From Patescibacteria group bacterium (GTDB lineage: Bacteria; Patescibacteriota; Patescibacteriia; Patescibacteriales; GWC2-42-12), in the NCBI GenBank assembly GCA_041662965.1, contig JBAZRI010000005.1:6166-70165 (forward strand): a stretch of 64,000 nt of DNA, written 5' to 3'. The notes under the pieces were generated by a model that was not told the origin of the DNA, searched no databases, and saw nothing but the letters and a program-made list of their open reading frames with translations. Positions within the stretch are counted from its first letter, which is position 1; every line of letters starts with the position of its first letter. Shown here piece by piece: positions 1 to 7,388 of this stretch. The position numbers and the translations under genes were made by a program.

Positions 1-192
1 TAATTTCATTTTTGATCCCATCCAATCCTTATCTACCTCCTTGGAAATAACTGCCACGTCAATATCGCTCCATTTGCTAGGAATTCCTTTGGCGAAGGAG
101 CCAAATAAATATACGGCTGAAAAAGGATACTTTTTAGCCTTTAAATTTTCCGCGTATTTTTTAACTATTTTTTTGGCTTCAACTTTTGACAT
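1..192 (-). CDS. Nucleotidyltransferase (MNT-type) domain protein, C-terminus cut by window edge; partner of the upstream HEPN gene
   Basis: Not in ORF track because it runs off the edge. Manual translation from ATG at 192: MSKVEAKKIVKKYAENLKAKKYPFSAVYLFGSFAKGIPSKWSDIDVAVISKEV... NTase signature GS-x(9-10)-DxD (LFGSFAKG...SDIDVAV). Start overlaps the HEPN stop by 28 nt. Confidence 0.8.
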   Translation of the reverse strand, partial: MSKVEAKKIVKKYAENLKAKKYPFSAVYLFGSFAKGIPSKWSDIDVAVISKEVDKDWMGSKMKL

Positions 193-569
193 AATTTTTT
201 ATATAAGTTATCAATTTCTTCAATTTTATTTTTCGCGTACTCCTTGGTACAAAGTTTGTAAAACTTTAACTTATATTCAGGATATCTCGCTTCTATATTA
301 AAATCATTAACCGCCTTTAGCAAATCCATTTCTTCTTCATTTAGCTTAATTTTAGAAATTTTTATTAGCAGAATAAGATTGTGCGTATAGGGAGCATGCG
401 CTTTAGTCTCATTTACTACCAAGGCTTTTAAAATTTTCTCCAAAACGATATGCCCGAAAAATAAACTGCTGGCATAGCGCTGGCTTTTCACTAAACTTTT
501 CATCGTATCATAATCATAGGCGGCGGTTTCTTGCCAATATTTTACCAGCTTTTTATAGTTATTTTTCAT
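165..569 (-). CDS. HEPN domain protein (HEPN-MNT toxin-antitoxin-like pair)
   Basis: 134-aa helical ORF. Segment NDFNIEARYPEYK resembles the conserved ARYP stretch of HEPN-family proteins. Overlaps the downstream NTase gene. Confidence 0.7.
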   Translation of the reverse strand: MKNNYKKLVKYWQETAAYDYDTMKSLVKSQRYASSLFFGHIVLEKILKALVVNETKAHAPYTHNLILLIKISKIKLNEEEMDLLKAVNDFNIEARYPEYKLKFYKLCTKEYAKNKIEEIDNLYKKLCQKLKPKK

Positions 570-609
570 CTGATTATATATTCTTAAATAATGTATAATA
601 ATACTTATT

Positions 610-638
610 ATAATACTTTATTGATAACTTATAGTCAA
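610..638 (-). promoter_or_regulatory. Sigma70-like promoter for the HEPN-MNT operon
   Basis: Minus strand reads TTGACT (633..638), a 17-nt spacer, then TATTAT (610..615), about 40 nt upstream of the HEPN ATG. Confidence 0.5.
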
Positions 639-661
639 GAAACAGGCTCATATTATCTAAA

Positions 662-940
662 TTATATTAACACTGAACGTCTGATTAAACGGCCTCCTTC
701 GTTTTGAACCTGTTCCATTTTGGAACAGGTTGCCGGCTCGGATAATTCACCTTCTTTATAAATATTTTTTATGCGCTTAGTAATTGCCTGCGTATTCACG
801 CCAAAAATATCAGCCATTTGCGCCTGGGTCGCCCAGATCGTATCCCCGGAAGCGTCTTTTTTTAGCTCTATCGCGCCGTTTTTAGCCTGATACACGACAA
901 CTTGATTGTTTTTCTTTTTGATTTTTCTAGCCATATTCAT
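662..940 (-). pseudogene. RhuM-family-like N-terminal fragment (apparently truncated)
   Basis: 92-aa ORF. VVVYQAKNGAIELKKD...IWATQAQMADIFGVNTQAITKRIKNIYKEGEL...TCSKMEQVQNEGGR resembles the first ~90 aa of ~330-aa RhuM-family proteins (from memory). The ORF stops there and the rest is absent. Confidence 0.45.
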
Positions 941-981
941 ATTATTTTAAAAATAACATTTTCTATTGTTTTTGTAAATAA

Positions 982-1014
982 AAAACGCCCCGTATTCCTA
1001 CGAGGCGTTTTTAT
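982..1014. terminator. Bidirectional terminator-like hairpin, orphan position; identical 33-mer to 3316..3348
   Basis: aaaacgccccgtattcctacgaggcgtttttat: a GC stem flanked by an A-run and a T-run. No convergent gene ends here. Confidence 0.6.
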
Positions 1015-1060
1015 TAGAAAAAGCAAGCTATAAAAATTTTTCTTTCAGGTTGCTCCGGAG

Positions 1061-1137
1061 CAATATGCGCAATTTTTGCGCATATTGAATCAAACGCTAA
1101 CTTTATAAAATTCCTGTATTTTGCATAACTTTATAAA
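1061..1137 (+). promoter_or_regulatory. Candidate operator region upstream of the HTH-Fic gene
   Basis: Perfect 12-3-12 palindrome caatatgcgcaa-ttt-ttgcgcatattg (1061..1087), plus a 12-nt direct repeat taactttataaa at 1098..1109 and 1126..1137. Confidence 0.5.
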
Positions 1138-1157
1138 GTTTGATATATTATAAATAT

Positions 1158-2090
1158 ATGACTATCCGCCAAAAACTGGAAATAATCCAAAAAATGCTGG
1201 GGTTAACTCAAACTAAGCTAGCTGAAAAATTCGGCGTCTCTTTTGCCGCCTTTAATAGCTGGTGGACCGGCAAATCAAACCCCAGGCCAAAAATGCTAGC
1301 CGCTATAGACGAGCTCTTTTTAGAAGTAACCGGGCAGAAAATAATTTCCGATAATCAGCTTACGGCAAAAAAGCAAGCGCTTCTGAAAAAATCGGCCGAA
1401 CACAAAAATATTATAACTAAAATTTTAGATAACCCGGATATTCGCGATCAATTTATTTTAAAACTGACTTATCATAGCAACAGCATAGAAGGCAGTACGC
1501 TGACCGAACCGGACACGGCGGCCATTCTTTTTGACAACGCGGCTTTGCCTAATAAAAGTTTGACCGAACAGCTTGAAGCAAAAAACCACCAAACGGCTTT
1601 AAATTATTTATTTGAACATATCGCTAAAAAAGGAAAAGTCGACGAGGGCCTGGCGCTTAAACTCCACGGCATTCTTATGAATGGAGTTCGTCCGGATGCC
1701 GGCGTTTACCGCGATCACGCCGTTCGCATCACCGGCGTTAATTTGCCGACCGCGAATTATATGAGTATCCAAAAATTGATGCCTATAGCTATGGCTCCGG
1801 CCGCTCAAAAAACCAAAGACACTATTGCTCTATGCGCCGATGTCCATGAAAGGTTTGAGCAAATTCACCCTTTTTCTGACGGTAATGGCCGAGTTGGCCG
1901 CCTGCTTATGAACGCGATGCTGCTTGGCGCTAATTTTGCCCCGGCAATAATTCGCCAAGAACAAAAACAGCTTTATTATGCTTATCTTTATAAAGCTCAA
2001 ACTAAAAAAGACCATAGCCAATTAGAAGATTTCCTTTGCGAAGCTACTATGGCCGGATTTAAAATTTTGGAACGTACGGATGCTAGGTAA
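1158..2090 (+). CDS. Fic family protein with N-terminal XRE-type HTH domain
   Basis: Canonical Fic motif HPFSDGNGRVGR. SxxxEG inhibitory-helix-like motif (SNSIEG). N-terminus LGLTQTKLAEKFGVSFAAFNSW is HTH-like. Start moved to the second Met (track ORF starts at 1140). Confidence 0.9.
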   Translation: MTIRQKLEIIQKMLGLTQTKLAEKFGVSFAAFNSWWTGKSNPRPKMLAAIDELFLEVTGQKIISDNQLTAKKQALLKKSAEHKNIITKILDNPDIRDQFILKLTYHSNSIEGSTLTEPDTAAILFDNAALPNKSLTEQLEAKNHQTALNYLFEHIAKKGKVDEGLALKLHGILMNGVRPDAGVYRDHAVRITGVNLPTANYMSIQKLMPIAMAPAAQKTKDTIALCADVHERFEQIHPFSDGNGRVGRLLMNAMLLGANFAPAIIRQEQKQLYYAYLYKAQTKKDHSQLEDFLCEATMAGFKILERTDAR

Positions 2091-2108
2091 GAGGAAAACT
2101 TTAAATAA

Positions 2109-2140
2109 AAAACGCCCCGTGAAAATACGGGGCGTTTTTA
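2109..2140. terminator. Bidirectional intrinsic terminator shared by the convergent Fic genes
   Basis: aaaaaacgccccgtgaaaatacggggcgttttt: perfect 9-bp GC stem, A-run and T-run, lying between stops at 2090 (+) and 2150 (-). Confidence 0.85.
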
Positions 2141-2149
2141 GTTGAAATG

Positions 2150-3205
2150 TTATTTAATCGCGTAATTTTTCGCCGCGAATTCGTATTGATCAATAAATAT
2201 TTTTTTAAACGGCAAAATTGAATTTAATTCGTAAAACGCCAGCATGGCTTCGCGGTATTCAACCTCATCAACACTGCGGTACGAAAGAGGCGCGCGATGA
2301 TGCGCCAGCAATATCGCGTTGGCCATTAAACGGGCGGTTCTTTTGTTGCCGTCTTCAAACGGCTGAATATAACCGATGCCTAATAGGGCGATTAGCGCTT
2401 TAGCGTAAGGCGATGGCATTTTTATTATGGCGGCGCTAAGGCTATCAACGGCTTCGCTGATTTGATGAAAATTATCAAGCGGCTGGTAAATTGAGCCGAT
2501 TACGCCGACTGGTTTTTGGCGCAAGCCTAAGCCGACATTTAAATTTTTAATCAAAATAGCCTGCAGTTCCTCAAGATTTTTTCTCGTCAGAGTGGAAAAT
2601 CGCGGCGTGTTTTCACGGATAAAGCTAAAAGCGTCTTTATGATTTAAAATCATCCGCGCTTCCTGCTTATTATGTCCGGGCGCCTCTTTATTTTCCAAAA
2701 TTAATTTTTCCGTATCTAAAAGCGTGTAAGTATTGCCTTCAATTTTTGATGACTTCCATGATAGCTCAATGATAAGCCGCTCTAACTCTTTTTTTTGAAT
2801 GGCCGGCGGTAAATTTTCCGTTCTCTCTTGGTATTGAGCGGTTGCCTTATCCAGCCGCTCTAACTCTTTAGCCGTGAAAATATCGGCCGGCAAATCAGGC
2901 AATAAATTAAAATTATAGCCTTTAAATCCATATCGCTTATCGGGTTCAGCCAAACAATACTCGCGAGCATCAATAGGCGCTAAAACCCTGCCCAAAACGC
3001 TTATTTTATATTGCGTAGCCGGTCCGGAACCGGAAACAACCAAAAGGCCCAGCTTAACCATTTGAGATAGGGCGCGTTTTATGGTAATTAAAGAAGTTTT
3101 GTCGCCAGGCTTAGACGCTTCAGTGTGAACGTCGGAAGACGACATAGCGCCTCCCTTAAGAACTATAAGCAATATTTGCTGATGTTTTTTGTTTAATTCA
3201 ATCAT
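2150..3205 (-). CDS. Fic family protein with N-terminal winged-helix-like domain
   Basis: Fic motif HPFEDGNKRTAR. SxxxEG motif (SSKIEG). 351 aa. Confidence 0.9.
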   Translation of the reverse strand: MIELNKKHQQILLIVLKGGAMSSSDVHTEASKPGDKTSLITIKRALSQMVKLGLLVVSGSGPATQYKISVLGRVLAPIDAREYCLAEPDKRYGFKGYNFNLLPDLPADIFTAKELERLDKATAQYQERTENLPPAIQKKELERLIIELSWKSSKIEGNTYTLLDTEKLILENKEAPGHNKQEARMILNHKDAFSFIRENTPRFSTLTRKNLEELQAILIKNLNVGLGLRQKPVGVIGSIYQPLDNFHQISEAVDSLSAAIIKMPSPYAKALIALLGIGYIQPFEDGNKRTARLMANAILLAHHRAPLSYRSVDEVEYREAMLAFYELNSILPFKKIFIDQYEFAAKNYAIK

Positions 3206-3315
3206 AATCGTATCATTTATGCTCTATAATCGTATCATATTGATACGATTATGGCAAGAGTATGCAGTTTTCTTACAACAAAAATCGCCAAAAAATCAAG
3301 CCTTGCCCTATAAAC

Positions 3316-3348
3316 AAAACGCCCCGTATTCCTACGAGGCGTTTTTAT
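3316..3348 (-). terminator. Intrinsic terminator after the small CDS 3368..3547; identical 33-mer to 982..1014
   Basis: aaaacgccccgtattcctacgaggcgtttttat, 20 nt downstream of the stop at 3368 on the minus strand. Confidence 0.7.
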
Positions 3349-3367
3349 GGCCTAAATTTTTATATAG

Positions 3368-3547
3368 TTATCTGGCAGATTCAAGCTCAAAGCGATAAGC
3401 CACGTTGGATAATTTTAATTCAATATTTTCCTGGCCTTGCTTTAATTCCTTAATTTCGTGGCCAACTTCATCAAAACGCTTGTCAACCGCGTCAAAACCA
3501 TTTTTTACCATAACGCCTAAATCATTGATAGTTATTTTTTTCGCCAT
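3368..3547 (-). CDS. Small hypothetical protein (59 aa, coiled-coil-like)
   Basis: Below the track cutoff. Manual translation: MAKKITINDLGVMVKNGFDAVDKRFDEVGHEIKELKQGQENIELKLSNVAYRFELESAR*. Followed by a terminator. Confidence 0.5.
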   Translation of the reverse strand: MAKKITINDLGVMVKNGFDAVDKRFDEVGHEIKELKQGQENIELKLSNVAYRFELESAR

Positions 3548-3591
3548 AAAATAATAAATATTTATATTATAATCATGCTGTCGGCAGGCTG

Positions 3592-6006
3592 TTAGTACAA
3601 GCCGGGGAATTGCTTTTGCACGATGTCTATTGACGGCTGATCCGTCACTACTATTAATAATTGCTTGATAACGATTTTGGCGTTTTCCGTCTCACCGGTT
3701 TTCTGGTAAAGAAGCGCCAAGCTGTAAAGCGCGTTGGCATGGTTCGGATTGGCCTGGACGATGCTTAAAAATAATTGTTCGGCCATGATGATATCGTCGG
3801 TTTTTTTAACCGTGCCGCCGGTTTGGCCGGAAACGCTTAAGTCCTGATTGTTTTCCGTGCCGTTAGTGATATCTTCGGTCGCGGCCTGGGCTATGCCCGG
3901 GTTGGTGGCGACTCCGCGGTTGAAATAAAGCCGGCCGAGCTCAAAGCGGTAATCAACGTTATCTTTGGTTAAAATAACCGCCTTTTTCAGCTGGTCAATA
4001 GCCTCATCCGTTTTATTCAGTTGTTCATAAGCGATAGCTTTACCGTAGTTAGCCGCGCCGAAATCAGCTTTTTTCCCTAAGGCCAGATCGTATTTTTTAA
4101 TGGCCTCGTTGATATAATACTCTTTCTGAGTTTTATCCGTTTCCGCGTTGGCCCGCGCCATATTGATTAAAGCCATCCTTAAGTAAGGCGTCGGGCTGTC
4201 CGGCGATAATTCTATGGCTTTATTATATAGATTTTCCGCCCATTCCAAAGCGCCCTGGACATAAAAAGAGGCGTTTTCGTAAATTAAGGCCATGGCTTCG
4301 TTATTGGCAGTGCTGTTCGGCGATAAAGCTAAAGCTTTTTTACCCGTATCTATGGCTTGAGACAAGCTGTTCTCTATAACCGCTTGGTCGCGGCCGCCGG
4401 AGGCTTCCTGGTTGGCTAAAGCCATATAATTATTGGCCAAATTCAAATAGTAAATATCCTGGTAAGGCGCTAAAATAATGGCTTTATTTATTTTTTCTAT
4501 TTTTTGGTTGACATCGGCGGTCTTTAAAGATTGCATGACATAAATATCCGCCAGATACATTTTTACGCCCATGGTGAATAAAATCACCACGGCCGCGCTT
4601 AAGGTTAAGAAAATAGCCGATAAAGCCAAGGCGTATTTAGGCGAGGCGCGGAATGACAGATTAAGAGTTTTGAATTTTTCCGGATAATTGACTATGCCCA
4701 TGGCCACGGCTAAAACCGCGATCAGCCCGGAGATTAAAACCAGCGAATTATTCATGGAGAACAATAAGCTGAAAATAATGACAATAATAAAACTTGAGAA
4801 TAAGGCTAAAAGAATTGACTGCGTGTCGTTCTTTTGCACTTTAATCAAAGTTAAAAAACAAATTGACAAAGCAATCAGGGAAATAATAATTATGGCTAAA
4901 ACGCCTAAACCGCCGATCGTGGCCGCCATTTCAAACAAATAGCCGGAGGCGTTATTGAATTTAGCGTCCCATAAAGGCGAGGCGTTAAAATCAGCGCTTT
5001 TATATTTGTCAAAACTGTAGTAGAAAGTTGACGGTCCGGAGCCGAATAACAGATTATTTTTCAAGCTGGCTTTGGCAATATTGAAAGAAGCTCCGCGCGA
5101 CAGGCTCACTTCCACCGGCAGGCTTAAGCTCATGATATTAAAATTGCCTAAAACCAAAAGAATAATCAAAAGCAAAAAGCTGGTAATCGGAATAACTATG
5201 TTTGAGCTCGTGATTTTAATAATTTTTGACAAGAGAAACATTAAAACGATAACTATGCCGACGATAGCCGCCGGCCAGAAAGTAAAGCCGTTAAGCAAAG
5301 TTAAAACGAAGAGCGATATTAGGATTACTATGCCTAAGGCCGTTTTAATGGCAATTATTAAAGCTTTATTGGTTAAGCCGGCGTGAATTTCTTTAACTTG
5401 CGCCATGCCGATTACTAACAGCGGCAAAGCCATTATTAAATACATGGTTAAGCCGGAAAGCGAGCCTAAAGAATTAAAGCTGATGGCTTTAGTAAAAGCG
5501 AACGGCAGAACATATTTTCCTAAAAGCTGCAAGAGCGAAAAAATTGCGACTATTGAAGTTGAGCCGATTATGCCCCAAAATAATAATTTAATTTTTTTCT
5601 GGTCAATGTTATTTATGATCAAATAATAAAATAAAATAAAAACTATAACCGCGGCCAGGCTTTTAGACTGGTTGCCGTAAGTGCCTAATAAGCTGTCCTT
5701 TTGGCTGATTGATAAAATCGTGGAAGTTATAAAAATGGCTAAAAAGCCGACGATCGGCCAATCAAGCGGCGTTCTTTTAATGTTTAATTCGCCGATAATC
5801 ACGGCTTTAGTCACCCAGGCCACGGCGCCTAAGAGCACCAAGAAGTAGAATAAAGTCATTTTTTCAAAACCCATGTTTTGCGCCACCAGGCCGGTAAAAA
5901 ACAGCGGGCAGAGAAAAAATACCATAAAAATCGCGCCGATGATAACGAAATCCAAACCCTTGGTGGTGGTTATTTGGTGTTTGGAAATAATCTTTTTTTC
6001 TTCCAT
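3592..6006 (-). CDS. Polytopic membrane protein, O-antigen ligase/polymerase-like, with C-terminal TPR repeats
   Basis: 804 aa. About 12 hydrophobic segments in the N-terminal 500 aa. The C-terminal 300 aa has repeated TPR-like A..Y/A..A patterns (NLANNYMALA, YGKAIAYEQL, ALYSLALLYQKTG). Confidence 0.55.
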   Translation of the reverse strand: MEEKKIISKHQITTTKGLDFVIIGAIFMVFFLCPLFFTGLVAQNMGFEKMTLFYFLVLLGAVAWVTKAVIIGELNIKRTPLDWPIVGFLAIFITSTILSISQKDSLLGTYGNQSKSLAAVIVFILFYYLIINNIDQKKIKLLFWGIIGSTSIVAIFSLLQLLGKYVLPFAFTKAISFNSLGSLSGLTMYLIMALPLLVIGMAQVKEIHAGLTNKALIIAIKTALGIVILISLFVLTLLNGFTFWPAAIVGIVIVLMFLLSKIIKITSSNIVIPITSFLLLIILLVLGNFNIMSLSLPVEVSLSRGASFNIAKASLKNNLLFGSGPSTFYYSFDKYKSADFNASPLWDAKFNNASGYLFEMAATIGGLGVLAIIIISLIALSICFLTLIKVQKNDTQSILLALFSSFIIVIIFSLLFSMNNSLVLISGLIAVLAVAMGIVNYPEKFKTLNLSFRASPKYALALSAIFLTLSAAVVILFTMGVKMYLADIYVMQSLKTADVNQKIEKINKAIILAPYQDIYYLNLANNYMALANQEASGGRDQAVIENSLSQAIDTGKKALALSPNSTANNEAMALIYENASFYVQGALEWAENLYNKAIELSPDSPTPYLRMALINMARANAETDKTQKEYYINEAIKKYDLALGKKADFGAANYGKAIAYEQLNKTDEAIDQLKKAVILTKDNVDYRFELGRLYFNRGVATNPGIAQAATEDITNGTENNQDLSVSGQTGGTVKKTDDIIMAEQLFLSIVQANPNHANALYSLALLYQKTGETENAKIVIKQLLIVVTDQPSIDIVQKQFPGLY

Positions 6007-6117
6007 AGATGTTGGCCCCCGGATTAAACTCCTTGATTTAATCGGGTAAATAAATTATTTATAAAGATATATTAATTATTCTAATTTTAACATAATAAGC
6101 CGAATTATGTCTAGCGG

Positions 6118-7242
6118 CTAAAGCTTATCCTTTTTAATCAAGCCTTTAACTTCTCTTATCATATTAAGATAAAACTCAAGATTATTCAAGCTGGCCAGCC
6201 TTAAAGCCAAAGGTTCGCCGATTTTAAATAAATAATTTAAATAAGCTTTTGAATAGCGGCGCAGCTCTCCTAGCTCGCTGAATTCGTTAATCGGGGAAAA
6301 GTCTTTGGCGAATCTGGCGTTGGTGATGTTTATAGTTTGGTAAAAATTATTTTTATCGGCTGTTTTTCCCCGGGAAAAAAGCCGGCCGTGCCGGCCTTCT
6401 CTGGTCGGGATAACGCAGTCAAACATATCATAGCCCATTTTAACCGACCTGATAATATCTTCGGGCAAGCCGATGCCTAAGCCGAAGCGCAATTTATTTT
6501 CCGGAATCTGCTCGGCCGTGCATTTTAAGGCCTCGGTTAAAAAGTTTCCGGCTTCGTCAATATGGCGAGCGCCGAAGCCAAAGCCGTCAAAACCGATTTT
6601 AATAAGTTCTCGCGCGCAATGCTCTCTTAATTTTAAATTATTGCCGCCCTGGATAACCGCGAAGAGCAATGGTCTTTTATTATTTTTAAGCAACTTAACT
6701 TGCTTATCATATTCGCGCTTGCATCTTTTCGCCCATTTAATCGTGCGCGAAACCGAGTCGGCTAGCCCGGCGTCATTAAAGCCATTGGGCGGGCAATCAT
6801 CAAAGCAAACCATCATATCAGCGCCTAAGGCAAATTGGATTTTTATGGATAGCTCCGGAGTTATGGTTAATTTAGCCCCGTCTAAAGGAGAATTAAAAAT
6901 CGCGCCTTGATCATTAACCGAACCGCGCGCGCCGCTTTTATGGATCAGGGAAAAAACCTGATACCCCCCGCTATCGGTTAAAATCGGCTTAGGCCAATCC
7001 ATAAAATTATGCAGGCCCTTGGCCCGTTTAATCAGTTTAATTCCCGGCCGCAGATATAAATGCAAAGTATTGGCCACCAGGCACTCTAAGCCCAGCCCGG
7101 CGAGTTCGGCGGCGCTTAAATGCTTGATCACTCCCCTGGTGGCGTCAGGCATAAAAACCGGCGTTTCTAATCGGCCGTGCGGGGTGGTTATTAAGCCCAA
7201 ACGGGCGTTAGAAATTTTAGATTTTTTAGTTATTTTAAACAT
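6118..7242 (-). CDS. tgt: tRNA-guanine transglycosylase (queuine tRNA-ribosyltransferase) homolog
   Basis: ARLGLITTPHGRLETPVFMPDAT, TDSGGYQVFSL, MFDCVIPTREGRHGRLF. The zinc-ligand motif appears to be replaced (see findings). Confidence 0.9.
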   Translation of the reverse strand: MFKITKKSKISNARLGLITTPHGRLETPVFMPDATRGVIKHLSAAELAGLGLECLVANTLHLYLRPGIKLIKRAKGLHNFMDWPKPILTDSGGYQVFSLIHKSGARGSVNDQGAIFNSPLDGAKLTITPELSIKIQFALGADMMVCFDDCPPNGFNDAGLADSVSRTIKWAKRCKREYDKQVKLLKNNKRPLLFAVIQGGNNLKLREHCARELIKIGFDGFGFGARHIDEAGNFLTEALKCTAEQIPENKLRFGLGIGLPEDIIRSVKMGYDMFDCVIPTREGRHGRLFSRGKTADKNNFYQTINITNARFAKDFSPINEFSELGELRRYSKAYLNYLFKIGEPLALRLASLNNLEFYLNMIREVKGLIKKDKL

Positions 7243-7257
7243 TAATATTAATTATAA

Positions 7258-7377
7258 AACCCAATGCACAAATCCCAATATCCAATAAAATCCCAAACCC
7301 CAAACCCTAATTTAATTTTTTGGATTTAGTTCATTGAGATTTTATTGGTCATTGGTCATTAGAGCTTGGGATTTTTA
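7258..7377. repeat. AT-rich long imperfect hairpin element (family 4)
   Basis: Left arm rich in cccaa/ccaata. Right arm ttggtcattggtcattagagcttgggattttta is nearly identical to 36203..36235. Confidence 0.8.
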
Positions 7378-7388
7378 TTTTAATTAAT

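Noticed and set aside
41-301. 86-aa plus-strand ORF at the left edge
   Set aside because: It is antisense to the NTase and HEPN genes, which have clear domain signatures.
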